Positions 21,560 to 33,774 of a stretch of 64,000 nt of DNA are shown one piece after another (the stretch's first letter is position 1; each line of letters begins with the position of its first letter). The stretch lies in the NCBI GenBank assembly GCA_002269645.1, contig NIVC01000672.1, positions 419,029-483,028 on the forward strand. Direction: 5' to 3'. The notes beneath the pieces are model-generated. The model was not told where the DNA came from, did no database searches, and was given only the letters and a program-made list of their open reading frames with translations. The translations under genes were made by a program, and so were the position numbers. This DNA comes from Macrostomum lignano (lineage: Eukaryota).

Positions 21560-22494
21560 CTGCAAATTGGATTGTTGAATTGGTTAGAATTGGATAGAAT
21601 TGGATGGAGGCCAGGACTGGCTAATAGAGAGATGGGTTGAAGCGTACGTAGCTCCTCAGTAGGGTCATCAGTGATACACTGTATTATGCCTCCATGCTGA
21701 TGAAAAGCCATCATCAAGCTATTCGTCTCCAAAGGCAGACTAGAGTTAGTAGTAATAACTTATCAGTTATTCAACATATTTCCATGGCTATGGCGGCGTA
21801 CCAAAAGTAATTTTTACAGAATAGCAACCGCACAAAATTGCTTCTAAATTTGTCCTACATTTATGACACAGGAACAGTGTTGTAATAGAATGCACTGCTG
21901 CTGACACACATTCACAAGAGTGGGCTATGGTTCTACCAGCTAATTACGTAATATAAGCTCTCTATCCTTCCCTGTGTTCCTGACAAGAGTTCAATACACG
22001 AAGAGCCAATTATCGTCAGCTAAGCTTAAAGCAGATTTTGCTAGACTTTTGCTCAACTTCTTGTGAGCTGAATATAACTTCCGGGGCTCCTGCGCCGGAA
22101 GGACCTTCTATGCTCTTTGATGCCGTTGAAAAAATGAATCTGCGTTGCTTGAATGAAAACAGTCAAACTGCCATAAGCTTTATTTTTCTCCGGAACAGAA
22201 CCCTCTCTCCTGCGCAAGCACTGCACTGCTCAAAAATATCTGTAGGAGAGACCCATGCAGCTCAGCCTTGCAGGTTATGGAAACGCGGGAGAGCGCCACC
22301 ACTGACTGCTGTTGGACCTCTTCACCCACTTCTCTCTACCAGGCCCCTGTTACTGGACACGCGCTCACGTCACTTAGCAGCACTTCTCAACTGACGAGGT
22401 TCAAATGTCTACTTCTGTTTTCAACTTCTCGAACACTTGAATTTTATTTATTGAGTACAAGGAGTAGATTAGGTTTAAGGCGTGCATGAGAGAA

Positions 22495-22541
<47 letters not shown>

Positions 22542-23032
22542 CAAAGCAATATATGGTACGCGATGGAGAAATGTACTTTTAATTATTTTGGCTCCGAGAA
22601 GCAAATGCAGTCTGCAGATGCCCAGATTGCTGGCATTGCCAGGAAAAAATGCCAAGTAATGCGGCTGTCAGCGCGCCTGGCCGTCAAGAAAGATACACAG
22701 CAGGCGCCCACACAAATAATACTGAGCTTTCCTAAAAACAGCTTTGTCGCCACATTCTTCCGAACCAAATCCGAGTGTCTTGTTTCATTCTAACTTGGCA
22801 ATGATAATGCGCAATGGTATTGCATCACAGTCACTGATGGCATATTACAAAACAGAAGACTCTATTTGAGGCTTTAGCTATTTAGTTAGAGTAGGTGAGG
22901 CTGCGTGTATAAAAAGCATTTAAAGAGCTTCAACTAAATCCAGAGTAAGGTCGACAGACTACCTATGATAATGAATAATACCTGACAACCGAGTTCAATG
23001 CTACTCGTAAACTCAAATTAATTCATACTTAC

Positions 23033-23101
23033 CCTGTTGCTCCTTTTGTGGAGAGCTATCTTTAGGAATCGAGCTCTGTGGATACGATTCCACATTTTCA
23101 C
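23033..23101 (-). CDS. 69-bp phase-1/1 microexon (ENVESYPQSSIPKDSSPQKEQQ)
   Basis: tattgcAG acceptor and G|GTAAGT donor. Diverged paralog of the 75-bp exon with a net 6-nt loss. Confidence 0.6.
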
Positions 23102-23496
23102 CTGCAATAAAATAAACATCTTCATGATTTCATGCATCATTTGAAACCAGAATTTGTTATTCGAAACAATCGATGCATGATTAAGGATTCAGTTCGTCTG
23201 TCATCGCCTCTTAGTTTACCTCCTCTATTCTATTTATGATTAACCTAGATGGTTATACTTTATTGATATGTTACATAGGTAAATAAAAAAAAACATAGCA
23301 TAGATATATTGTGCATCATATATTCTCCTATCCATAACTGTGGTGTTGAGTTTCATAAAATTCGGATTGAGCTGTTATACATGTATATTTCAATCGAGAC
23401 CAAATTACAATCGCCGGTAGACCAGCGCTAAATTAGCATAATTTATTTTCTTCTGCACAAAAAACCATCGCGCAAATCATGCGAGCACATTCTCAC

Positions 23497-23553
23497 CTGT
23501 GGCCACTGGAGCTGAGAAGATTTGGTTGCGGTTGCGATCCGCTAAAGCACCAA
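23497..23553 (-). CDS. 57-bp phase-1/1 microexon (GALADRNRNQIFSAPVAT)
   Basis: gattttcAG|tt ggt gct...gcc aca g|GTGAGA. Confidence 0.55.
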
Positions 23554-25047
23554 CTGAAAATCAGATTGTTGAATTCGTTTATAAATGATGTGATGTGAAA
23601 CATTTATGATACAAGAACAGTGTTGTAATAGAATGCACCGTTGCAGACATTTACTGAACTATGGCTATGGTTCTACCAGCTAACTACATAATAAAAGCTC
23701 TCTATCCTGCGTATTGCGTGTTCCTGACAAGAGTTCAATACACGTATAACAAAATATCGTCAGCTAATCTTAAAGCAGGCTTTGCTCGGCTTTTGCTTAC
23801 CTTCTTGTGTGTCTCCTGTGCTACTTGATGCCATGGAAAGGTTTAATTTAGCGTTCAAGACACAACAGGCGTTGCTGGGATCAATGCAGCCAAGCTTCAA
23901 TAAGCTTTATTTTGCTCCGGAACAGAACCCTTGCTCCTGTGCAACCACCGCAGTGCTCAAAAGTATCTGGAGGAAAGCCTTTTAATCTGAGAGGCAGGCG
24001 CGGGAACGCGGCTGAATCATCACCCACTTCTCTATAACAGGCCCTCCGAATGGACACGCCTTCTGGTAATAAAACCGTGCAGGGTTGCGGAATGAGGATA
24101 GTGTACCGGGGGGCAATGCGCCAATGAGCCAATTATGATACCGTTTTATTTGTTTCTTTATTGTTTTTTATGTTTTCTTTCTTTATGTTTATTTATTTCA
24201 ATAGTGAAGCCGCCTAATTGCCTGATTATTTTGCCTAAGGGCCTAATTATTAACTATTGCTAAACTCCTCATTATTCACACTTTCACCATCATTTAATTC
24301 ATGGCTTGCTAAGCCTTTCTCCCGGGGTGGCAAAGCATAAGGAAGTTTGGGTAAGCTAATGGCCTCTCCCCGTGCAAAGCCCGCCTGTGTGTGCGTGCTG
24401 CGGGTCCGAGTGTGCGTGCAGTAGAGGAGATTAGCGAGTCTTGGCACAGAATGGCAGTAGGAAGGTTGCAACCCCATGCTGTTGCGTCCCTTCGCCCTGA
24501 GCAATCTAAACTATAGCTAGTACATGTTCGTCTCCACTACTCTTAGTAATTAAAGCCGCAAGTCAGCCTCGCTCACAGCCACAAAGGATCCCCTGTTGAG
24601 AAATCCTCCAGATTGAGCCCAGAGTTCCCGATCATGCCACAAGCAGAGTCCCTGTACTCGGCTGCATGTGTCTCCCCTGTTAGCCTAAATCCCCTGGTAA
24701 CCAATTCAGGCGGGGCTCTAGCCTCGAGAGGTCTGGAAGTAAGATCTAGGTGCGCCAGGTCACATAGAGTGGTGACAGCCACTCGGTCATGCTATGACCG
24801 AGTGACCAACTATTGCACCTTGGCTACAGGTGGGGTCCATGTGGGTCCTTGGGCTCTGGTCACGAAAGCGCTACCAAAGCTATCAATCATGTGGGCGGGA
24901 CAGTCTGGTGCTGGAGGTCCGTCAGGTCATTTCCTGGTCATAGGCAGCCTACGGTTATTGCCCCCCCCCCTCTGGTCATGCGTTCGTCTCTCAACGGAGC
25001 GGACGGGCGACAAGGGCGGTAACATCATAATCGTTTTTTTTAATTAA

Positions 25048-25049
<2 letters not shown>

Positions 25050-25080
<31 letters not shown>

Positions 25081-25152
25081 TAGCCCTAAGACAGACAGAC
25101 AGACAGACAGACAGATAGCCCTAAGACAGACAGACAGACAGACAGACAGACA
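25050..25152. repeat. (GACA)n microsatellite with TAGCCCTAA interruptions
   Basis: Directly visible. The same variant occurs at 48410-48490. Confidence 0.9.
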
Positions 25153-25806
25153 GCAGCCAGCGATTGCGAGTACATCTGCACTGAAACCCTCTGGCCGCCA
25201 AGCTGAGGGTGGGTGTACTTGGACAGGCCAAACCTGTCATACTCGGAGGGGGTTGGCATTCAATCGTGCCACCTTTTGGTGCACCTCCCCATGTGATGGC
25301 GTGCTTATTTATACCCGACACATAAAGCAAATAAACTTTCACTTTTCTCGCTTGCAACCTACTTCGTTCTTCGCGAGCCGCTAAAATATAGTGTTTAGAA
25401 AAATTGTAAAATTTTCGTACCTGAGTAATTTTACATCTTTGAAACACTTTCAATTAGTGTTTTTGTTCCAAAACATCATTTTTGAATGATTATCATGATT
25501 ATCATTCTTTGACCCGGACTTTACAGTCCGGATATCGCAAAGCAAACCTTAGTTTTTCGGCCGGATATTTCAACCTGCTTAGTGATTTCCGGGTAGGGGG
25601 GGGAGACTGCAAGTACCCCGGAGAACATAAAGCAGCTTGAGATATCCGGACCGGATACTTTAAGATGCTTGAAATATCCGGGGGCGGATCAGAAAGCACT
25701 TGCAATGTCCTGGGGGAGATCAAAAAGTACTTGTACTATCTGGGCGGATAACACAAGACACGGATTTCCGAAAGTATAGCACCGGGCTGAACTGGACACC
25801 CAGTAG

Positions 25807-26757
25807 TAGTTTCCACCTGCCCTATAATCTGTAGTTTCCACCGGCCCTATAATCTGTAGTTTCCACCTGCCCTATAATCTGCAGTTTCCATCTGCCCTAT
25901 AATCTGCAGTTTCCACCTGCCCTATAATCTGCAGTTTCCACCTGCCCTAAAATCTGCAGTTTCCACCTGCCCAATAATCTGTAGTTTACACCTGCCCTAT
26001 AATCTGTAGTTTCCACCTGCCCTATAATCTGTAGTTTCCACCTGCCCTATAATCTGTAGTTTCCACCTGCCCTATAATCTGTAGTTTACACCTGCCCTAT
26101 AATCTTTAGTTTCCACCTGCCCTATAATCTGTAGTTTAAACCTGCCCTATAATCTGTAGTTTACACCTGCCCTATAATCTGTAGTTTCCACCTGCCCTAT
26201 AATCTGTAGTTTCCATCTGCCCTATAATCTGTAGTTTCCACCTGCCCTATAATCTGTAGTTTCCATCTGCCCTATAATCTGTAGTTTCCACCTGCCCTAT
26301 AATCTGTAGTTTCCACCTGCCCTATAATCTGTTTCCACCTGCCCTATAATCTGTAGTTTACACCTGCCCTATAATCTGTAGTTTCCACCTGCCCTATAAT
26401 CTGTAGTTTCCATCTGCCCTATAATCTGTAGTTTCCACCTGCCCTATAATCTGTAGTTTCCACCTGGCCTATAATCTGTAGTTTACACCTGCCCTATAAT
26501 CTGTTTCCACCTGCCCTATAATCTGTAGTTTAAACCTGCCCTATAATCTGTAGTTTCCACCTGCCCTATAATCTGCAGTTTCCACCTGCCCTATAATCTG
26601 CAGTTTCCATCTGCCCTATAATCTGCAGTTTCCACCTGCCCTATAATCTGCAGTTTCCATCTGCCCTATAATCTGCAGTTTCCATCTGCCCTATAATCTG
26701 TAGTTTCCACCTGCCCTATAATCTGCAGTTTCCATCTGCCCTATAATCTGCAGTTTT
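25807..26757. repeat. 25-bp minisatellite (gtagtttccacctgccctataatct), about 38 copies
   Basis: Directly visible. Confidence 0.97.
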
Positions 26758-26828
26758 CGTCTGCCCTCGCCTGCAGTTATCTCCATCTATCTTGAATTTC
26801 TTTGCCGGCGACCAGAATTGTCTTGTCA

Positions 26829-27093
26829 TTATTGATTATGATTATGATTTTGATGATGGCGATGATGGTGATGGTGATAATGGTGATGGTGATTGTGATG
26901 ATGATGATGGCGATGGTGATGATGGTGTTGGTGATGGTGATGATGATGATGGCGATGATGGTGATGGTGATGGTGATGATGATGATGGTGATGGTGATGA
27001 TGTTGATGATGGTGATGGCGATGATGGTGATGGCGATGGCGATGATGATGATGTTGATGAAGGCGATGATAATAATGGTGATGATAGTGATGA
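26829..27093. repeat. Imperfect (GAT/GGT/GGC)n trinucleotide repeat
   Basis: Directly visible. Confidence 0.93.
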
Positions 27094-28744
27094 TATACTT
27101 TCTCAGAAATAAAAAGAACGCAATGAAGCAGCAGATTCTGTGGAATAAATAATGATTTAACAACAATCGGTTCTACACACGAACTTATGATAAAAAGTAT
27201 TATATAACAAAAAAACTGATTTATAGATTTTTATTATTGAAATTAGTTTTCTTTGATTATAGATAATCATAAATAGAAAGCAGAATAGCAAAGACTCAAA
27301 CCAGCACCCGTGCAGTAAAGTACATATTTGAAATGAGTAGCTACCAGCGTATTTTGAATCAAAAGACAAAATAAAGTAGCTCCGACACCTTATTAGGTTT
27401 CTTCACGATTCTTTAATAAAATTGAACTTTGAATCCCTTGAAAAAAATTGTCAGAATCAAAAAATTGGTGGGGATCACGCGGTGCTTAATTCCCTGCTAC
27501 CTGCTTAGAGACGATTCCTTGAGCACAGCACAGATGTTAACTCTGCCGAATAGAAACTGCTCAAGGAAGTGGCGTGCACGGGTGTTCCAGCCCAGGACTG
27601 AAGCACCAGGGGAGAATGGCATTAGTAAAAAAGTGTATTAATGGCAGAGGAAAATTATTAACTTCAATTTTCAGCCTATAAAATAGCTAAATGTAACCAA
27701 CAAGCAAAAACTACAATTGCAAAGTTATAAGAAGCAAAATCAGACACAAAAGGTGCTCAATGGGGGGTTTAAAGCCAAGAAAGTCTCACACAGACACGCG
27801 ACACATGCTAGCTAAATATAATGTAAGGTAATGCGATATAATATATAATAAATAACATAATAACAATAATAAATTATAACTGCAATATAATGCAGAACAG
27901 GTGACAATAATAAATAATTAATTTATGTAAGAGCCGCCATTATCTTAGAGAGAACTCATTTTTCAAATTTGAAAACATTGAACTATTTGATAGAAACACT
28001 GTTTCATAAAAATCTGCTTATAAATACCATTTTTACTGGAGAATCAATCAATTGCTCAGCCTTTAATAAACTTTGTACTCTTTCCCCGCCCTGTTAAAGT
28101 GTTAACGTTCATGCTTTACGTAGAAGAATGAGTTGATAAGATTTATTTAAAATGATATTTGGCAATGACGTCTGCTAGTCAACTGATTTTTGTTTGTGTG
28201 CAATTGCGTGATAGTATGGCAATGCGAAAATGAAACCTGCACAACTATACTCATGTTTAATATACATATGCTGGGGCTAATTGATTGGGGAACCAACTGA
28301 AATGATAAACTATGTTTTCTATGTTTTTAATTATCTGATATAAAGATTCCAATCGATTTTTATTTCATTTTCACAGAGTATACTTAGTGATAGCAATAAC
28401 TGATGAATTAGCAATCGAAAAAGCAAGTCTTGTAAGCTGAGCATTTGATTTGATCTCCAGAGTAAGATTAAGCATTGAATGAGAGCGTAAACAAATCATG
28501 CAAATATTTTTGAGTCAAGATTACGCCACGCTCGCTCACACCACTATCAAATTGCGGCACTGGAAAAATCTGAAAAGCCGCGTGATTAACATTATTAAGC
28601 TTGGCCTGGTTTTAAGATATGGTGTGAATGAGCATCAACACTATAAGCAAAGGGTAAAGGACATGCTTTGTCAGTCAGTTGTAGCTATTATTAGTTTTAT
28701 TTGCTTTTAAATTGTTCTGGCCTTGCCTCAGGCTCCTCAGTCCA

Positions 28745-30129
28745 TCAGGCAACTGAATTGTCTTCATTGTCGGCATTGTTGTCCGCATTGTTGTCCGCAT
28801 TGTTGTCCGCATTGTTGTCCGCATTGTTGTCCGCATTGTTGTCCGCATTGTTGTCCGCATTAACCAACCAGAACTTCTCTGTTGTTGTGGCTGTCCAACA
28901 CGGCAGCTGCCACTGGTGGCTATCTGTAGCAAGATGACTAGGCTCATCAGGATAATTAGGCTTTTCATAATAGTGCATCATGCGATAGTTGACGAATTTG
29001 CTGATCTCAATAACATCCAGTTGATTATTCGGCATGTCACGAACATAATCAGCAAAGGCCTGGCAGAGGGTGAGAACAAACCTGCTACCACAACCGTCCT
29101 TTCGACTACTATAGTCTCCAGGAGCGGTGGAGTAAGCAACTATCGTGTTAGCCGGTATTTTACAGACGACATTTCCTTCAGCACCGTGGTGTCTGCAGGA
29201 TTGAATGACTACAAGCTTCTGCTCTTTAATGTTGTTTAGGGATTCAAACAGATCGTTTTCCTCAACGCTTTTGTCATCAACTCCCGTAATTTTTCCGAGC
29301 TCTCCGTGTGACATAAAAACGATAACAGAGGTTTTGCTGTGATCTTCAAGTTTGGAAAACTCCTCAACCACTGTTCGCAAAGCTTCGGAGCTCAAATTGT
29401 GCCAGATGGAAATTCGGTAGTAAAACTGCTGGAAAAGATGACGCAGAACTGCAGTATCGTACAGACTGGCCAGTCTGTCATCCTCACATTTAGGGAATAT
29501 AGCGTTGCTGACTATCAGGAGGCGTGGGCGCTTCCCCTCTGGTTTTGAAATAGTGCTTTTCCCTTCAAAGGATTCTTTTACTTCTTCGTCGTGTCCAACA
29601 TTCGAAAAAACCAAAGCTTCATCTGTATTAAATGTTTCTTCGCGTCGTCGCGGAAGCGGTATCACAGGGAATTCTTCTCCACCCTGGAGTTGTTCTGCTT
29701 GCTGTCTGATTTTAACTTTATCCAGCCACTTCTGAATACATTCAGCGATTACTTTTGCACTGTTACGAACGCTAGCGTGAAACATTTTGTCACTGATTTT
29801 CGTTACTTGCTGTTCATTCTGCGATCCGATTTCGCATGAAAAAACAACAATTTTCTTAGCATTGCTTGCTTCTTCTTCAAGTTTATTCTTGAATTGCTGC
29901 AGGTCGCGATACGTAGTGTAGACAAGGAGAGCCAGAACGAACTTCGCATTACATGTGACTGCACTGGGGGTGCAGAATAGCTCAAACTTTTCTGTTATCT
30001 CAACTTCCTCTGCCCTTACCTGGTAGCCGCTGGCAGCGAGAAGTTTTTCGAAATCTTGAGCTTTCTTTAAAATTTCCCCATGGTTTTGTTGGATGCCGCT
30101 GTCCAACAGTATCAGCGCCTGGTGGGAAC
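28745..30129 (-). CDS. Multi-caspase gene 2, terminal exon: degenerate module plus a catalytically intact caspase domain with an (ADNN)n tail
   Basis: Acceptor tctttttAG (30131-30130), phase 1, in frame with ORF 28745..30106. Motifs RLLIVSN...DRLASLYD...VFMSHG...KLVVIQSCR...IVAYST...GSRFVLTLC...VN...QLPCW..TTEKFWL. A 12-bp repeat lies at 28769-28860. Confidence 0.9.
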
Positions 30130-30206
30130 CTAAAAAGACAATTTGACACGTAAATTATTGTGCAAGAAATTTATAACTTCGCCATGAAAACAAAATTTTA
30201 TTTTAC

Positions 30207-30236
30207 CTGGTTGAAAATCGTTTGGTCTAGGCTTAT
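30207..30236 (-). CDS. 30-bp phase-1/1 linker microexon of multi-caspase gene 2 (D-KPRPNDFQP-G)
   Basis: aaatttcAG|at aag cct aga cca aac gat ttt caa cca g|GTAAAA. Introns 30563-30237 and 30206-30130 are both GT-AG and keep the frame. Confidence 0.75.
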
Positions 30237-30563
30237 CTGAAATTTAGAAGTTTCATAAAGTGACTCGGGGAATTCACATGTATTTTTTAACTTATTGAAA
30301 TTTTTTAAACTCGAATTTCAAATTGTCAAGCTCAACCATCGCGTTCCAGAAAACAATACCCAATAGGAGACCCCATCATCCAGTATTGTTTCAAGCACTC
30401 AAGAGTTATTATCTGAACTGTATGAACTGTACAAGCAGTCGAAAGGAATTTCATCATATGAGCGTAACGCTACGCTTGCAGGATACGAGAATACGCTCGT
30501 ATTCTCATTTTTACAGAAGCGTTTGGTAACTTCTGAAAGCCTAATTGGAACAATTCTACCAAC

Positions 30564-32018
30564 CTTTTTTTTCTTGCGAAGAATTTCCTTTTCCATTCGA
30601 CTTTTCGTGCGACGGCTGCTCCGCGTCTGTCTTGCACAAGAAGAAGTTTCTGTGCGTTAGCCACGTCCATCGTGGCTTCTCATCGAAACCATCCATTGAG
30701 GGGCGGCGAAATGATTTGTTGACTTCATTGATTAGTGAAACCACGTCCTTACTATCGGCATGCTTGTAATATGCAGTACAGATGCTTTTGACCAGTTCGC
30801 TGCCAGTTTTATCGCAAAGAGGCTCAGTATACCTGCACGTGACCAGGCCAGCTTGGCTGTGATGTGATTCATCTGTATTCATGGATATTCTAAGATACTG
30901 CGCCAGCTCCCGGCAATTATATGGGATATTCGTCCGTCTAGCGTCGGCCTTTTCATTTGTGCCTCCAGTGGATTTTTGCTCACCATCTTTTATTCGTAAG
31001 TTGAATATCACGAGCTTTGGAGCTGACCGATTGCCAATGTTTTTTAAAGCACCGATAATTTCGGTTTCAGTTACTGTTGAGCCGTCCGAGCACTCAATTT
31101 TACCGTCTTTTTCAAAAGCAGTGATGACGAGAATCCACAGGTTGTGATGCTCCTTAAACTCTTCAGCCGTACGAATCAGCTCGCTCGCCTTCAGGTTGTT
31201 AAATTGCACTACACCAAACAGCATGTTCTCAAACAAGTAGCACAGTCGGTCACTGTCTATCTTTGAACCTTCGAGTGCGTCAGCGCCACTGGTGGTCACG
31301 CAATTGACAACAAGAGCAGTTGGTTCGCCATGGCGCTCATAGTAACCCATTTTATCTTCGTTTATTGTTGCGTCTGGCTTCATCTGCTGCAAATCCTGAG
31401 TTCTGAGCAGTTCTGAGTCCTTTTCAAGATCATCTCTACTTTTCTCATCAAATCGGCAAGGCTGTCGAAAGCGCACGAATTCGGGTGTGCCGTATTTGAG
31501 ATCAACAATCCCTTTTTCCTTGATGGAAGTTTTGAATGATTCTTTACGAATAATTGACCCGATGCAATTCGTCTGCCAATGCAGAGTTTGATGTTCCTGC
31601 AAGGACTTGAAAAAATCTTCGATCCGATCAGCCGCTGCAACTTTATACAAGCAGAAAATGTTTTTGTAACTTTCTTGGTAGAAGCTCTCAGAAAAGTCAA
31701 CCGAAGGATCGAACGACCGGTTGCTGTCAACCTTGCAGTAGACGAGCAGGCAGCGCTGCGTTTTGGAGTCTTTAATGGCTTCGAGAGTATTCTGTAAGCT
31801 CAGCGAATTGCCGATTTCCTCATCATTCACGACAACAACAACTGAAAATCTTGTGCCCGAAAGACGCTCGATCAGCTGGTTTAGCTGGAGCTGACTGGAA
31901 TCCGGATTCGAGGAAAAGCCGCAGCTTTTAATGAATTCAAAATATTCATTTCCGGCTTTTGCTTCACGAGATTCCGAAGACAAGTTGCTGCTGAATACCG
32001 CAACGCAGCGTTGTTCAA
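30564..32018 (-). CDS. Multi-caspase gene 2, exon encoding a degenerate N-module and a catalytically dead pseudo-caspase
   Basis: Acceptor ttttgcatttcAG (32020-32019). Motifs PTALVVN...EGSKIDSDRLCYLFE...WILVITAFE (no His-Gly)...PKLVIFNLR (no Cys)...GSELVKSIC...DVVSLINEVN...PRW..LTHRNFFL. Donor AG|GTTGGT at 30564|30563. Confidence 0.87.
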
Positions 32019-32711
32019 CTGAAATGCAAAACAGGTGAAGCTGCGGTAAAGCGTAAGCAGTACGCACGGTGTCACAAACTCATTGATACGCTTGTAACTA
32101 ATTTCTACCTGCTATCTTACTAATTTCGGTGTACATCCTGAACTTCTAATCAGAAAGAAGGTTCAGTTTGTTCGGCGCGATGCTACCCAACAATGTCCAA
32201 TTTCCCGAAGCAAAAATTTCCAATTATGTTTTTTATCTCGCGCTTGCAATTCCATTCTCGCAGGTACATCACTGCAGCGCTATAGGTTAAGATGGGTAAT
32301 ACGTTGTTCCTTCACTATTTATTGTTGGTTGCTTGCCATGAGCTAATGAAAAAATTAATAATTTACATTTCACAGGTTGGAAAATATTGATTATCTCCTT
32401 TCTGCTCAAAAAAGGCTCGTCCACACCGCTATCAACGAGTAAAAAATGTGTGTGATTACATGACTGATGTACTCTACATAGATCAATGTACAATGCACAC
32501 TGATTTACCCGTTTGATGGCAGTGCGGACTGGCCTGGCCTCATGAATATGCTCTCGACACAAAGTCTGGGAAGTTAAGCCTCGATTGAATTTGGATAAAA
32601 ATATCCCTATTGTGGCGGCCTGCGGTCTGCGATTGGTGCAGCGCTCGTGCACCGGCACTCTCAGCTACCCCCAGCCGTACACATAGAGGCCAGATTAGGT
32701 TTGAGGCGTGC

Positions 32712-32791
<80 letters not shown>

Positions 32792-33313
32792 GAGCAACTG
32801 CAAAGCAATATACGGTAGCGATGACGAAATATCTTAGGCTCTGAGAAGCCAATGCAGTCTGCGGATCCCCAGATTGCTGGCATGCCAGGAAAAATGCCAA
32901 GCAATGCGGCCGTCAGCGCGTTTGGCCGTCAAGAAAGCTGAGCTTTCTTTCCATGGCCATAAAATTCACGCGAACAATACACAGCAGACGCCCACACAAA
33001 TACGGAGCTTTCTTAGAAAAAGCTTTTTCGCCACATTCTTCCGAACCAAAACCGAGTTTCTTGTCCCATTCTAACTAGCCAATGACAATGCGCAATGGTA
33101 ATGCATCACAGTCCCTGATGGCACATTGCAAAACAGAAGACGCTATTTGAGGCTTTAGCTATTCAGTGAGAGTCGGTGAGGCTGCGTGTGTAAAAAGCAT
33201 TTAAAGAGCTTCAACTAAATCCAGAGTAAGGTCGACAGACTACTTGTGATAATGAATAATACCTGACAGCTGAGTTCACTGCTACTCATTAAGTCAAAGT
33301 AATTCATGCTCAC

Positions 33314-33388
33314 CTTGGTCCTTTTGTGGAGTGACTCCGCTATCTTTAGGAGGCGAGCTCTGTGGAATCGATGGCGGATCGGTCTCAC
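33314..33388 (-). CDS. 75-bp phase-1/1 microexon upstream of gene 2
   Basis: tattgcAG|gt gag acc gat ccg cca...gac caa g|GTGAGC. Confidence 0.6.
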
Positions 33389-33723
33389 CTGCAATAAAAT
33401 AAGCATCTTCTGCAAGATCGCATGCATCATTTGGAACCAGAATGTTCGAAACAATAGCTACATGATAAAGATTCAGTTCCTAGATGGTTATACTTTATAG
33501 TACTCGTACATGTACATAGGAAAATTAAAAAAATACCATGACTGCATCATACTATACTCTCCTATTCATAACTATAGTGTTGAGTTTCAGAAAATTCAGT
33601 TTCAGCTGCTTTATACTTCGATCGCGACCAAACTACAGCCGCAGGTGCACCAGCGCTAAATTAGCATAATCGATTTTCTTCTGCACAAAACACCATCGCC
33701 CAATCATGCAAGCACATGCTCAC

Positions 33724-33774
33724 CTGTGGCCGTTGAGTCGCCTTGGCTGAGATCCGTTAATATATCAGCATCAA
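33724..33774 (-). CDS. 51-bp phase-1/1 microexon upstream of gene 2
   Basis: gatttgcAG|tt gat gct gat ata...gcc aca g|GTGAGC. Confidence 0.6.

Noticed and set aside
21502-21732. ORF METNSLMMAF... as the first coding exon of the caspase genes
   Set aside because: It ends in phase 2 at the donor whereas the next exon needs phase 1, and the paralogous copy at 16770-16960 has an in-frame stop.
24250-25047. GC-richer segment with short ORFs, possibly a retroelement remnant
   Set aside because: No RT, transposase or terminal-repeat signature I can support.
26777-27166. Asp/Gly-, Met/Val- or Ile/Thr-rich ORFs
   Set aside because: Trinucleotide microsatellite open in several frames, with no splice or domain support.
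30556-32067. Treating the four caspase ORFs as four separate operon genes started by a spliced-leader AUG
   Set aside because: All these exons begin in phase 1, so a leader-terminal AUG would be out of frame. In-frame cis donors exist upstream.
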